From contig NC_086098.1 of the NCBI RefSeq assembly GCF_963921235.1, positions 6,572,001 through 6,636,000 of the forward strand: a DNA stretch of 64,000 bases, given 5' to 3'. This document shows positions 12,481-24,771 of this stretch, piece by piece. The stretch is from Mobula hypostoma. Lineage: Eukaryota. Below the pieces are notes generated by a model. It was not told where the DNA came from. It saw nothing but the letters and a program-made list of their open reading frames with translations, and made no database searches. How positions within the stretch are numbered: the first letter of the stretch is position 1; every line of letters begins with the position of its first letter. Position numbers and translations under genes: made by a program.

Positions 12481-12659
12481 AAAACTGCACACAATACTCT
12501 GAATCGTTTCGAATAGTGGCGAATATTGGTAACTCAGGTTGAGGTGTTTGTCAAACTTGGCAATTAGCTTACAGACATTCCATCACCAGTGAAGGCAACA
12601 TCCTTGGTGGGCAGATATTGGCGTTTCTTTCTGGAAATACTCACGTTTATATAGGCTCC

Positions 12660-12900
12660 TTAACCTATGACCTCTAAATCTAATCTCACCCAAAGCTGGC
12701 TTGCATTTACCTTAACTATACCCATCACACTTTGATTTTATATACCTCTATCAAATATCCCCTCATTCTCCTACACTGCAGGAAATGAAGTTCCAACCTA
12801 TTCAACCTTTCCCCTTAACTTAGGTCCACAAGTCCATGCAAACTCATTGTAACTTTTGTCTGCACTCTTTCAATCTTATTGATATCTTTCCTGTATTTAG
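12660..12900 (-). mobile_element. CR1 ORF2 fragment
   Basis: Reverse strand matches CR1 C-terminal sequence seen in other copies. Confidence 0.7.
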
Positions 12901-12935
12901 CATAGCAGTTAGTATAACGCTATCACTATGCCAGT

Positions 12936-13908
12936 AAGACCATAAGACAAATTAGGCCATCTGGTGTATCGAGTCTGCTCCGCCATTCAATCATGGCAGA
13001 TCATTTTTTTACTCCTCCTCAACCCCAGTTCCTGGCCTACTCCCCATAACCTTTGATACCATGTCACACCCACCTCACAGATCACCCACTTGATACACCC
13101 ACCTCACAGATCACCCACACTCCAGACACACCCAAATCATAGATCACCCACACTGACACACCCATCTCACAGATCACCACACTGACACAACCATCTCACA
13201 GATCAACCACACTCCCGACACACCCAGCTCACAGATCACTCACACTGACACACCCACCTCACAGATCACTCACACTGACATAGCCACCTCAAGAACCTAG
13301 CAATTTCTCCCTTAAATACACCCAATGACCTCTCTTCCACAGCTGCATGTGGCAACAAATTCCACAAATTCACCACCATTTGTCTAAAGAAATTTCTCCG
13401 CATCTCTGTTTTGAAAGGGCGCCCCTCTGTCCTAAGGCTGTGCCCTCTTGTCCTAGACTCTCCCACCATGGGAAACATCTTTCCACACACATCTACTCTG
13501 TCTAGGCCTTTCAATATTCGAAATGTTTCAATGAGATGTCGCCTCATCCTTCTGAATTCCATAGACCCAGAGCCATCAAATGTTCCTCGTATGATAACCC
13601 TATCATTCCTAGAATCATCCCTGTGAACCTCCTCTGGACCCTCGACAATGCTAGTACATCTTCTCTAAGATGAGGGGCCCAAAACTATTCACAATACTCA
13701 AGGTGAGGCCTCACCAGTGCCTTATAAAGCCTCAGCATCACATCCCTGCTCTTGTATTCTAGACCTCTTGAAATGAATGCTAACGTTGCAATTGCCTTCC
13801 TCACCACCGACTTTACCTGCAAGTTCATCTCCAGGGTGTCCTGCACAAGGACTTCCAATTCCCTCTGCATCTCAGATTCCTGGACTTTCTCCCAGTTAAG
13901 AAAATAGT
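12936..13908 (-). mobile_element. CR1 3' fragment
   Basis: ORFs 13266-13562 and 13685-13927 (LYKALVRPHLEYC; SRTRGHSL), with a (TCTTATGG)-type tail. Confidence 0.92.
13065..13290. repeat. About 30-bp minisatellite (about 7 copies) inside the CR1 3' end
   Basis: CACACCCACCTCACAGATCACCCACACTGA-like units. Confidence 0.9.
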
Positions 13909-14024
13909 CCAGGTTCAGTTCTGCCACTGTCTGTAATGAGTTTGTAGATTTTCCCCGTGACTACGTGGGCTTCCTGTGGGTGCTCAGATTTCCTCCCACA
14001 TTCCAAAGACATATGGGGCTGCAA

Positions 14025-16298
14025 CAAAGAGATGGTATACAACAAAGAATAAATTATTGCGAAACCAGAAGATTGGGAAGCTTTCAAATACCTACAGAGA
14101 ACAACTAAAAGAATCATTAGGAGGAGAAAGATGAAATATGAAAGCAAGCCAGGAAATGGGATAAAATTTTTCAATTAGTTAGTACTTCTTCTATATGTGC
14201 TAAACATACTTTAATACAATTTAAAGTAGTACACAGAGCTCATATGTCCAAAGATAAACTAGCTCGTTTTTATTCCCATATAAACCCTACTTGTGATAGA
14301 TGTCACTCTGAAATGGCTTCTTTAACTCATATGTTTTGGTCCTGTCCTCTTTTGGAAAAATATTGGAAAGATATTTTTGATATCATTTCAACAGTTCTAT
14401 GTTTTGATTTAAAACCCCATCCTATTACGGCAATCTTTGGATTGCCAATGGTAGAACATACATTTTTGTCTTCTTCAGCCTGTCGAATGATAGCTTTTGT
14501 TACTTTAATTGCAAGAAGATCTATTTTGTTGAATTGGAAGGAAACTAATCCTCCAACTACATTCCAATGGTTTTCTCAAACCATATTAAGTTTAAATTTA
14601 GAAAAAATTAGAAGTGATATTTTTGACCCTCCGGTTAAATTTGAAGAAATTGGAAACCTTTTATGCAACATTTTCATATGATGTAATCTGACCTTTCCGA
14701 ATCTTTTTTCTAAATTTAAATTATATGATGAGAGGAGCGGAATTAGCGACATTATTGAACATGTCCGATATAAGCTGTTGGTCTAGCCCTGTTTTGCTTT
14801 TTTTTCTTTTTTTTTTCTATTGGGGTTTTTTTTGTTTATATATTTTTTTTCTTTTTATTTCTTTTTTAATGTTTAATCTCATTATGAGTTTGGAAGTCTT
14901 TTATATCTATGTTACTTAAAATTCATTTTATATATGTTGATGAACATTTTTCCGATCTCTTTGTACCAACTTTGTTATTGAGTTTGTAGTTTTGAAAATT
15001 TAATAAAAAGATTTAAAAAGAAAGCAAGCTAGCAAACAATATCAAAGTGGATAGTAAAAGCTTTTACAAGTATTAAAAAAAGACAGATGACAGTGGATAA
15101 AGGACCACTAGAAAATGAGGCTAGAGAAATAATAATGGGGGGCCATGGAGATAGCAGATGAACTAAGTGAGTATTTTGCATGTCTTCACTGTGCCAGATG
15201 TTGAAGGGTGCGAGGGAAGAGGAGTGAGTGCAGTTACTATTTCAAGGGAGAAGATGCTCAAAAAACTGAAAGACCTAAGGGTACAAGTTACCCAGGCCAG
15301 AGGAAATGCACCCTAGGGTTCTGAAAGAGGTAGCAGTAGAGATTGTGGAGGCATTAGTAATTATCTTTCAAAAATCTTTGGACTCTGGCATGGTGCCACA
15401 GGTCTGGAAAATTGCAAATGTCACTCCACTCTTTAAGAAAAGAAGAAGGCAGCAGAAAGGAAAATTTGGACCAGTTAGCCTGACCTCAGTGGCTGGGAAG
15501 ATTTTGGAGTCAATTGTTAGGGATTAGGTTATGGAGTACCTGGTGACACAGGACAAGATAGGACAAAGTCAAATATGGTTTCCTTGAGGGAAAATCTTGC
15601 TGATGAATCTATTGAAATTCTTTGAAAAGATTACAAGCAGGGTATAAAGGAGATTCAGTGGATGTTGTATATTTGGACTTTCAGAAGGTCTTTGACAAGG
15701 TGCCACACATGAGGCTGCTTACCAAGTTAAGAGTCCACGGTATTACAGGAAAGTTAATGGCATGGTTAGAGCATTGGCTGATTGGCAGGAGGCAACGAAT
15801 GGTAATAAAAAGATACTTTTCTGGTTAACTGCCAGTGACTAGTGGTGTTCCACAGGGGCTGGTGTTCGAAACACTTCTTTTTATGCTGTATATCAATGAA
15901 TTAGATGATGGAATAAATTGCTTTGTTGCCAAGTTTCCAGATTGATACCCAGATTGGTGGAGGGCCAGGTAGTGTTGAGGAAACAAGTAGGATGCAGAAG
16001 GACTTAGACAGATGAGGAGAATGAGCAAGAAAGTGGAAATGAAATACAAGTTGGAGAATGCAGGGTCATGCAGTTTGGTAGTAGAAATAAACGTGTGGAC
16101 TACTTTCTAAACGGGGTGAAAATCCAGGAATCTGGGATGCAGAGGGACTTGGGAGTCCTTGTGCAGAACACCCTGAAGTTTAACTTGCAAATTGAGTCGG
16201 TGGTAAGGAAGACAAATGCAACGTTAGCATTCATTTCAAGATGTCTAGAATACAAGAGCAGGGATGTGATGCTGAATGTTTATAATTCTCTGATGAGG
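14025..16298 (+). mobile_element. Decayed CR1 ORF2 (RT) fragment, split by an L1 insertion
   Basis: HPRVLKE..WKIANVTPLFKK..PVSLTS and VDVVYLDFQKVFDKVPH, with many stops. Confidence 0.93.
14153..15019 (+). mobile_element. 5'-truncated L1-clade LINE (ORF2 C-terminal CCHC region plus 3' UTR)
   Basis: ORF 14244-14681 CDRC..ASLTHMFWSC..YW, AATAAA followed by an A-rich tail, 13-bp TSD GAAAGCAAGCyAG (14140-14152 / 15020-15032). Confidence 0.9.
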
Positions 16299-16866
16299 AC
16301 CTGCTGCCTCATTTCAGCCCATACACACCAGGCTACTCCGTCCTGCACTTTCCAGACTGCAGTTCACACTGCAAACATGCCAGGTTGTACCGGCCTTTCA
16401 ACAGCTGAACTCCAAAAGAAAAATTAGAGGCTATTGATTTGCAGTGATCGTTTACCAGAAAAAGTGTAATTAATAAAATACTTAGTAGTTTTGTTTGCCA
16501 ACAGCAAATCACTGCTGTGCTTTGCCAATGCCATCTTAAACCAGAATTCAAAAATAAATAAAATACAAAATAAATTGAGTCAGAATCATACATCCAGATC
16601 CTTATGGATTTATGACAGATGATAGGTTAGAAACGTAAAACAACAGATGCCATTTTGTTTGATCAATGTACAGGCTGTTTCAAAGGACATCTCCACCTCA
16701 GTGAGCTTGAAGAAAACACGCAAACATCTTAATGATGAGACTCAGACTCCATTCTGTTTTGTATCTTAAGCTATAACATGTTCATGTTGAGAAAAATCCT
16801 TTCTGAAGTCAAACAGGATTAAAAAAGAAAGTCTTTATCAAAAGAAAAGAAAGAAAGCAGAGATCA

Positions 16867-17077
16867 CAAACATAAGAGACTCTGCAGATGCTGGAAATCC
16901 AGAGCAACACACACAAAATGCTGGAGGAGCTCAGCACGTTAGACAGCATCTATGGAGGGGAATAAACAGTTCATGTTTAGATTATGAGGACACGCAGCCC
17001 TCTTTTGGTTTTGAGCTGAGACCCTCTTCAGGATTATAAAGGAGGGGGGCAGAAGCCAGACTAAGGTGGGGAGAAGG
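16867..17077 (-). mobile_element. Penelope pseudo-LTR fragment with an interrupted hammerhead motif
   Basis: GCAACACACACAAAATGCTGGAGGA.CTCAGC family signature. The minus strand reads CTGAAGAGGGTCTCAGCTC. Confidence 0.8.
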
Positions 17078-17250
17078 TGTCATACGCCCTGCCGGCCTGT
17101 GGACCTGTGTCTGCTAATTGTTGTCGTAGCAAAAGTCACTAAGCCCTTGTTCTTTCTATTTATCTTGTTATAATTTAGTTATTTTGACCGGCACAGGATT
17201 TCTGTATTCTGTGATTATTTAAATGTGAGTCCTGATTTGTGCTTATCTTA

Positions 17251-18705
17251 TAACCATATAACCATATAACAATTACAGCACGGAAACAGGCCATCTTGGC
17301 CCTTCTAGTCCGTGCTGAACGCTTACTCTCACCTAGTCCCATCTACCTGCACTCAGCCCATAACCCTCCATTCCTTTCCTGTCCCTATATCTATCCAATT
17401 TTTTTTTAATGCAAAATCGAACCTGCCTCTACCACTTTTACTGGAAGCTTGTTCCACACAGCTACCACTCTCTGAGTAAAGAAGTTCCCGCTTGTGTTAC
17501 CCCTAAACTTTTGCTCCTTAACTCTCAACTCATGTCCTCTTGTTTGAATCTCCCCTACTCCCAATGGAAAAAGCCTATCCACGTCAACTCTATCTATCCC
17601 CCTCATAATTTGAAATACCTCTATCAAGTCCCCCCTCAACTTTCTACACTCCAAAGAAATAAGACCCAACTTGTTCAACCTTTCTCTGTAACTTAGCTGC
17701 TAAAACCCAGGTTGTTGTTGTTTTGTTATTGTTCGTCCTTCGTAGTCGAAGATGACCATGGCTTCAAAGTCAAATGGGAGATTGGTGGCTGTGGGTCCGG
17801 AGGTGACTGATGAGGCCAATCCGGGCCCTGAAGGCTCGCCCACATGTGGGACACAAGTGGGTGGGTGCTGTCGTGGCAGTGGATGCTGCTCGGGCCTTGC
17901 GCACAGCACGCTTTCGTTACGCCTCGATGATGCGCCTGACTTCAGCTGCACGGGCTCCTGTGGTGATCTTGCTGCGCCAAGCTGGACGGTCGAGGGCAAG
18001 CGTCTGCCACGTGTTGATGTCGACACCCAGGCCTTTGAGGGACGCTTTGAGGCAGTCTTTGTAATAGTCTTCTGCCCCCTGACTGAGCGCTTGCCCTGAC
18101 ACAGTTCTCCGTACAGCAGCTGCTTAGGCAATCGGCTGTCTGTCATTCTGACCACATGTCCAGCCCACCTGGCTTGGGCTTTCAGCAGGAGGGTGTAGAC
18201 GCTGTAGAGCCCAGCTCGTTCCAGGATTTCCGTGTCGGGGACTTTGTCCTGCCACCTGATGTGGAGGAGTCTGCGGAGACAGCTCAGGTGAAAGTGGTTG
18301 AGCTGTTTGGCGTGTCTGCTGTAGGTAACATTATCGTAAATCTCCTCTGTACTCTCTCTATTTTGTTGACATCCTTCCTATAATTCAGTGACCAGAACTG
18401 TACACAGTACTCCAAATTTGGCCTGACCAATGCCTTGTACAATTTTAACATTACATCCCAACTCCTATACTCAATGCTCTGATTTATAAAGGCCAGCATA
18501 CCAAAAGCTTTCTTCACCACCCTATCCACATGAGATTCCACCTTCAGGGAACTATTCACCATTATTCCTAGATGCCTCTGTTCTACAACATTCTTCAATG
18601 CCCTACCATTTACCATGTATGTCCTATTTTGATTAGTCCTACCAAACTGTAGCACCTCACACTTACCAGCATTAAACTCCATCTGCCATCTTTCAGTCCA
18701 CTCTT
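17251..18705 (-). mobile_element. CR1 3' fragment split by an RTE insertion
   Basis: ORFs 18284-18682 and 17406-17678 are CR1 ORF2, with a (TATATGGT)n tail. Confidence 0.93.
17713..18322 (-). mobile_element. RTE-clade LINE 3' fragment
   Basis: VRMTDSRLPKQLLYGEL..GKRSV..YKDCLKASLK..WQTLALDRPAWR, (AAC)n tail, 4-bp AGGT duplication. Confidence 0.9.
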
Positions 18706-18711
18706 ATCATG

Positions 18712-19095
18712 GGATCAAAGCCAAAGTTTGATTTATTAACAGAGTATATACATGTCACCACCTACAAGCATAATTAGAAAATTTATGGAACAGTAACTGT
18801 AAACAAGATCAATGAACAACAGACATTATATATAAATAAACAGCAGTAAATAATGAGAACATTAAATAACAAGATAAAGAGTCATTAAAGTGAGACCATT
18901 GGTTGTGGGAACACCAAAAGTAGAATGAGGGCAGTTATCCCCTTTTTTGATCGAGAGCCGGATGGTTGAGGGGTAGTAAGTATTTTTGTACCTGGAGGTG
19001 CAAGTCCTGCGGCTCTTGTATGTTCTACCTGATGGCCACCGCGAGAAAAGAGCATGGCCTGGGTGGCAAGGAACTTCGATGATCCTTTTGCTTCT
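18712..19095 (-). mobile_element. Rex1/Babar 3' fragment
   Basis: The reverse strand has CCAGGCCATGCTCTTTTCTC..CCATCAGGTAGAACATACAAGAG, i.e. the HPGHALFS..PSGR.Y motif. Confidence 0.7.
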
Positions 19096-19246
19096 AAAAT
19101 CACTGTGCTGCCTGGTTAAAGCATTGATGTTCTGTTGGAATTCCTATGAATAAACTCTTGTTTCTGTCTCTATATGGGAGTCTGCCTTTCCCCCACACCT
19201 GGGTTCTGTCATTTGTCAGAGCACTCTGCGACAGAAGGAACCGGCG

Positions 19247-19307
19247 CTATAAATAGACCCAGTGAAGGTTCAACGGGGGCTTGCACATCAGTCCGCTGGA
19301 GGTGAGT
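19247..19307 (+). promoter_or_regulatory. Candidate TATA/MEF2 box followed by a short first exon and a splice donor
   Basis: CTATAAATAG at 19247-19256 (TATA box and perfect MEF2 consensus), TCAGT at 19288, GAG|GTGAGT at 19299-19307, in apparently non-repetitive DNA. Confidence 0.4.
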
Positions 19308-19904
19308 GTGCCTCTTATTCTCAACGTTTGTCCGGAGGATGCATTCGAGTTTCCTGAGGCTACCCCAAGTTTCTCGAGTCCATATTCCAAAGCAATGTTC
19401 TGAGCATCTCCAGTCTACATTCAAGGGTATTAAGATTTCCCGGACAGAAACAAGGGCCATTGTTCAACATTCTCAAATGATATTTTGTTTGCCCATCAAC
19501 AGTGTGTTTTTCTGCATCTTAGATATCCCTGCTGTTACATGAAACAGCCAGTCCCTCTCAAGCTGTTTTTAGAAATTTAAAACAGAGATCTTGTCTATTG
19601 TTATGGTCACTTTCTTTTGCTTATTCTTTTTTAACATACAAATCAGAGTTAAGGCTGAGTTTCATCCTTTAAGAAGTTTGATTATTTTCTTCAATCCTGC
19701 TGAGCTGGAGATGTCACTGCTTGGGCTATCTCCACTGGCTCCAAAAGCTGAAATTTGCATGATAACAACTTAAAGTTCAAAGTAAATTAATGATCGAACT
19801 ACATATATGTCACCATATACAAAACTGAGATTAAATTTTTGTGAGCATTCACAGTAGAACAAAGAAGTAAAATAGAATCAATGAAATTCTACACACAATC
19901 ATCT

Positions 19905-20950
19905 CATCTCCTGACCTCAATACTTTGATTTATGAAGGTCAATGTGCCAAAAGTTTTCATTACAAACCTATCTACCTGTGACGCCAGTTTAAGTTAATTA
20001 TGGACCTGTGTTCCAAGATCCCTTTGTTCTACAGGACTCCTCAGTGCCCTACCGTTCACTGTGTAAGATCTGCCCTGGTTGGTCTTACCAAAGTGCAAGA
20101 CATTGCACTTGCCTGCGTTAAATTTCATTTGCCATTTTTCCAGCTGGTCCAGATCCTGCTGCGAGCCATGATACCTTCTTCAGGTCCTCCAGTCTTGACA
20201 ACATCCTTGTAAATTTTCTCTGCACTCTTTCAACCTTATTTACATCTTTCCTGTGGGTAGGTGACCAAAACTGCACACAGTACTCCAGATTAGGTATCAT
20301 CAATGTGCTATACAATGCTAACATAACATCCCATCTCCTCTACTCAGTACTTTGATTTATGAAGGCTAATGAAGGCTATAATTTATCTAATTATAAAAAA
20401 TTTTTTTTATAATTTTCTCTCCCTGTGATGTTACCTTCAGTGAATTATGGACTTGTAATCCCAGATCTCTGTTCTACCACACTCCTCAGTGCCCTACTAA
20501 AGGCATCAGACACTCTTGCAAGACCATGGATCTGCACCTGGAAAGTCTTCACTCTCCTGGGCAAGGTTGTATGGAAGACTAGCAGTTGTCCATGCTGCAA
20601 GTCTCCCCTCTCCACAACACCAATGTTGTCCAAGAGAAGGGCATTAGGCCCATACAGCTTGGCACCAGTGTCGTCGCAGAGCAATGTGTGATTAAGTGCC
20701 TTGCTCAAGGACACAACATGTTGCCTCGGCTGGGGCTCGAACTCACGACCTTCAGGTCGCTAGTCCAATTCCTTAACCACTTGGCCACGTGCCCTACTAC
20801 TCACCATGTAAAATCTTTCCTGGTTAGTTCTCCCAAAATGCTCACCTCTTACTTGCCTGCATTAAATTCCATCTGCCATTTTTCTAGCTGCTCCAGACCC
20901 CGCTGCAAGCCATGATACTGTAGCCTTCCTCGCTGTCCACTACACCCCCA
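19905..20950 (-). mobile_element. CR1 ORF2 fragments (two overlapping pieces)
   Basis: ORF 20118-20324 LYSTL..PNLEYCVQFWSP..RKDVNKVERVQRKFTRM. Confidence 0.85.
20500..20793 (-). mobile_element. tRNA-derived SINE with a CORE-like segment
   Basis: A-box TGGCCAAGTGG, B-box GTTCGAGCC, TGTGTCCTTGAGCAAGGCACTTAA, 11-bp direct repeat GTGCCCTACTA (20489 / 20789). Confidence 0.85.
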
Positions 20951-21093
20951 ATGTTAAAATAAGAAATATATATTTAAAAATATAAGGAGTGCAAAAAGAA
21001 AGTAAAGTTCTTTAAGCCAAGAACTTTTGTAAGCAATTAAATCAAAGCTGGAGGCAGAAATGAACAGTTTCCCAAACTAAGAAGGACATTGTA

Positions 21094-21309
21094 ACCACAA
21101 GAGATTCTGCAAATGCTGGAAATCCAGAGCAACGCACACAAAATGCTGGAGGAACTCATCATGTCAGACAGCATCTATGAAAATGAATGAACAGTCAACA
21201 TTTCAGGTGGAGACACTTCATTGGGACCCTTCAGGTCTCAGCCCAAAATATTGACTCTTTACTCCTCTACACCTGACCTGCCAAATTCTTCCAACATTTT
21301 GTGTGTGTT
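21094..21309. mobile_element. Degenerate inverted pair of Penelope pseudo-LTRs
   Basis: Minus arm 21094-21226 and plus arm 21233-21309, both with decayed hammerhead remnants. Confidence 0.75.
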
Positions 21310-21949
21310 AAACAAGAATCAACCACTGCCTCCTATCTCCAGGCCAGTTTCAGATCCAAACTAAACCAAACCTCAAGGCAAAAGTGGAACGGCTTCCCAA
21401 AGTAAGAAGCACATAAAGTAGTCGGAATTGGGAAGCATCTTGGCAGCAGTAGTAAAGTGTGAGGAATCAAGTCGGAATTTAGACTGAGCTGATTATCAAT
21501 CTAGTCTCATCTCTGGAACTGCATTCCATTCCTTGAATAGAAGACTTAGCGTTTGGAGTCATGGTGAGTCATAACATCTTCGGGCACTACAATAGATAGC
21601 TAAAAGAACTACTACTCCACAGATTCAGCACCTAGCATTCAATCCCAACTTGAATTTTCTTTCTGTTTTCTCCTGACTGTTATTCTGCCTCAGTTGAGGT
21701 CAGACACTCTTCCAGGAAGTCTTCTACACAGATGGCAGGCAAAACAACATCCTTCATGATGTTACTGGCTTTCCTGATTCTGACTCCAAAGTCGTCAACG
21801 TTGTTATGTGCTGTGTCGTATGACATGGGAGATCTCAATTAGATTTATTATCATTGGTATATATTGTAAAGTTTGTTAACTTAATGCAGCAGTACATGAT
21901 CAATAATAATAGAGAAAAAATGAGTTAAAGTATATACAGTATATGTCGA

Positions 21950-22321
21950 TGTCTGTTGTCTGTTGCTGCTGTCTGTCTGTTATCTGCTTGTCGTTAGTTA
22001 TTTGCCTGTTGTCTGTCGGTTTGACTGTTTATCATATGTCAGTTTGTTTGTTGTCTGTTTGTCTGTTGTATGTTGTCTGTTTCTCAGTTGTCTGTCAGTT
22101 TTTTGTGGTCTGTTGTCTGCCTTTTGACTTTTTGTCTGTTTGCTGTCTATCTGTTCTCTGCTTGTCTGTTTGTTGTATGTGGTCTGTTGTCTGTTTGTTA
22201 GTTGTTTGTTGTCTGTTGTCTGTCTTTTGACATTAGGTCTGTTTTTGTTTCTTGTTTATCTGTTTGTTGTTTATTGTTTGTTTGCTGTTTGTCATTTGTT
22301 GTTTGTTGTCTGTTGTCTGTT
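21950..22321. repeat. Degenerate (TTGTCTG)n low-complexity tract
   Basis: Directly visible in the sequence. Confidence 0.9.
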
Positions 22322-24745
22322 AAACCATAAGACATAGTAGCAGAATTAGGCCATCTCGACCATCGAGTCTGTTTGCCATTCAATCATGGCTGATCCATTT
22401 TTTCCCTCCTCAGCCCCGTTTGCCAACCTTCACCCCAGAACAGATTGATGCCAAGTCCAATCAAAAACCTATCAATCTCCGCATTAAATACAACCAACAA
22501 CCTGGCTTCCACAGCTGCATGTAATAACAAATTCCACAAATTCACCATCCCCTGGCTAAAGAAATTTCCACACATCATTGTCTTAATTGGACGCCCCTCT
22601 ATCCTGAGGTTATGCCTTCTTGTCCTAGACTCCTCCACCATGGGAAACATCTTCCACTTCTACTCTGTCTCATCCTTTCAACATTCAGAGGTTTTCAATG
22701 AGATCCCTCCCCCATCCTCCTAATTTTCAGCAAGTACAGACCCAGAGCCATCAAACTTTCCTCATTTGATAACCCTTTCATTTCTGGAATCATCCTTGTG
22801 AACCTCCTCTGGACTCTCTCCAATGCCAGCACATCTTTTCTTAGATGAGGATCTCAAAAATGTTCACAATACTCAAAGTGAGGCCTCACCAGTGCCTTAT
22901 AAAGCCTCAGCATCACATCCCTGATGTTGTAATCTAGACCTCTTGAAATGAATGCTAACATTGCATTTGCCTTCCTCACCACCAAGTCTATCTGTAAGTT
23001 AAACTTCAGGGTTTTCTATACAAGGACTCCAAAGTCCCTTTGCATCTCAGATTTTTGGATTTTCTCCCCTTTTAGAAAGCAGTCTGCACATTTACTTCTT
23101 CTACCAAAGTACATGACCATGCATTTTTCAACATTATATTTCATTTTCCACTTTCTTGCCCATTCTCCAAATCTGTCTAAGTCCTTCCACATCCTGCCTG
23201 TTTCCTCAACACCATCTGCCCCTCCACCAACCTTCGTATCATCTGAAAACTTGGCAACTAAGCCATCTATTCCATCATCTAAATCATTGATATACAGCAT
23301 AAAAAGAAGCGGTCCCAACACCGACCCCTGCGGAACACCACTGGCAGCCAACCGAAAAGGGATCTTTTTATTCCCACTCGCTGCCTCCTACCAATTGGCA
23401 ATGCTCTAACCATGTTAGTAACTTTCCTGTAGTCTCATGGTCTCTTAACTTGGTAAGCAGCCTCATGTGTGGCACCTTGTCAAAGGCCTTCTGAAAGTCT
23501 AAATGTACAACATCCACTACTTCCCCCTTATCTGTCCAGCTTTTTGAGCACCTTCTCCCTGTAACAGTAACTGCACTCACTTCTCTTCCCTTGCACCCTT
23601 CAACATCTGACACACTGCTAGTTTCTTCCAGAGTGAAGACAGATGCAGGGTACTAGTTTGGTTCATTTGCCATCTCCTTGTCCACAGTTATTCTTTCTCC
23701 AGTGTCACTATCTAATAGTCCTATATCCACTCCCATTTCTCTTTTATTTTTTACATAGTTGAAAAAGCTTTTACTAACCATTTTGAAATTGTTTGCTAGC
23801 TTGCTTTCATATTTCATCTTTTCCCTCCCAATGATTCTTTCAGTTTCTATCTGTAGGTTTTTAAAATCTTTCCAATCCTCTGTCTTCCCACTATTTTTTG
23901 CTTTGTTGTATGCCCTATCTTTTGCTTTTACATTAGCTTTGACTTCCCTTGTCAGCCACAGTTGTACTATTTTGCTATTTGAGTATTTCTTTGTTTTTGG
24001 AATACACCTATCCCTCACCTTCCTCATCGTTTCTAAAAACTGACACTATTGTTGCTCTGCTGTCATCCCTGCCAGCATCTTCTTCCAATTTACTTTGGCC
24101 AACTCTTCTCTTGTACCACTGTAATTTCCTTTACTCCACTGAAATACTGCTGCATCAGAATTTACTTGCTCCCTATCAAATTTCAAGTTGAACTCAATCA
24201 TATTTTGATCACTGCCTACAAAGGGTACTTTTACCTTAAGCTCCCCAATCATCTCCAGTTCATTACATGTCACGCAATCCAGTATAGCTGATCCCCTAGT
24301 AGGCTCAACGACAAACTGGTCTAAAAAGTAATCTTGTTGGCATTCAGCAAACTCACTCTCGAGATTAATTACCAAACATATTTTCCCAATCAACCTGCAT
24401 GTTAAAATCTCCCATAACATTGCCCTTTTGACACGCCTTTTCCATTTCCCGTAGTCCACAGCCCAGCTATCATTGGGAGGCCATCAGGGTTCTTTTACCC
24501 TTGCAGTTTCTTAACTCAACCGACAAAGATTCAACATCTTCCAATTCTATGTCACATCTTTCTATGATTTGAAATCATTATTTTCCAAGAGAGCCATGCC
24601 ACCCCCTCTGGCTAACTTCCTATCCCTCTGATACAACATGTAACCTTGGACATTCATCTCCCAACTACAACCATCCTACAACCACGATTCAGTGATAGCC
24701 ACAACATCATACCTGGCAACATAGTGCAACAAGATCATCCGCCTT
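22322..24745 (-). mobile_element. Long decayed CR1 ORF2 (endonuclease, RT, 3' end) with internal deletions
   Basis: EPTRGSAILD (endonuclease), LDFQKAFDKVPH, SGVPQGSVLGPLLF..KFSDDTK, CR1 tail. Confidence 0.95.
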
Positions 24746-24771
24746 TTGGTCATACTCTCTATATTGATATT

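Noticed and set aside
17078..17250. Possible LTR start (TGTCATACGCCC..)
   Set aside because: No matching 3' end or TSD could be located.
20720..20795. tRNA gene on the minus strand
   Set aside because: A and B boxes are present but there is no acceptor-stem pairing. The sequence continues into a SINE body bounded by direct repeats.
21943..22383. Cys/Val-rich or Gln/Thr-rich small proteins
   Set aside because: Translations of a low-complexity TTGTCTG tract.
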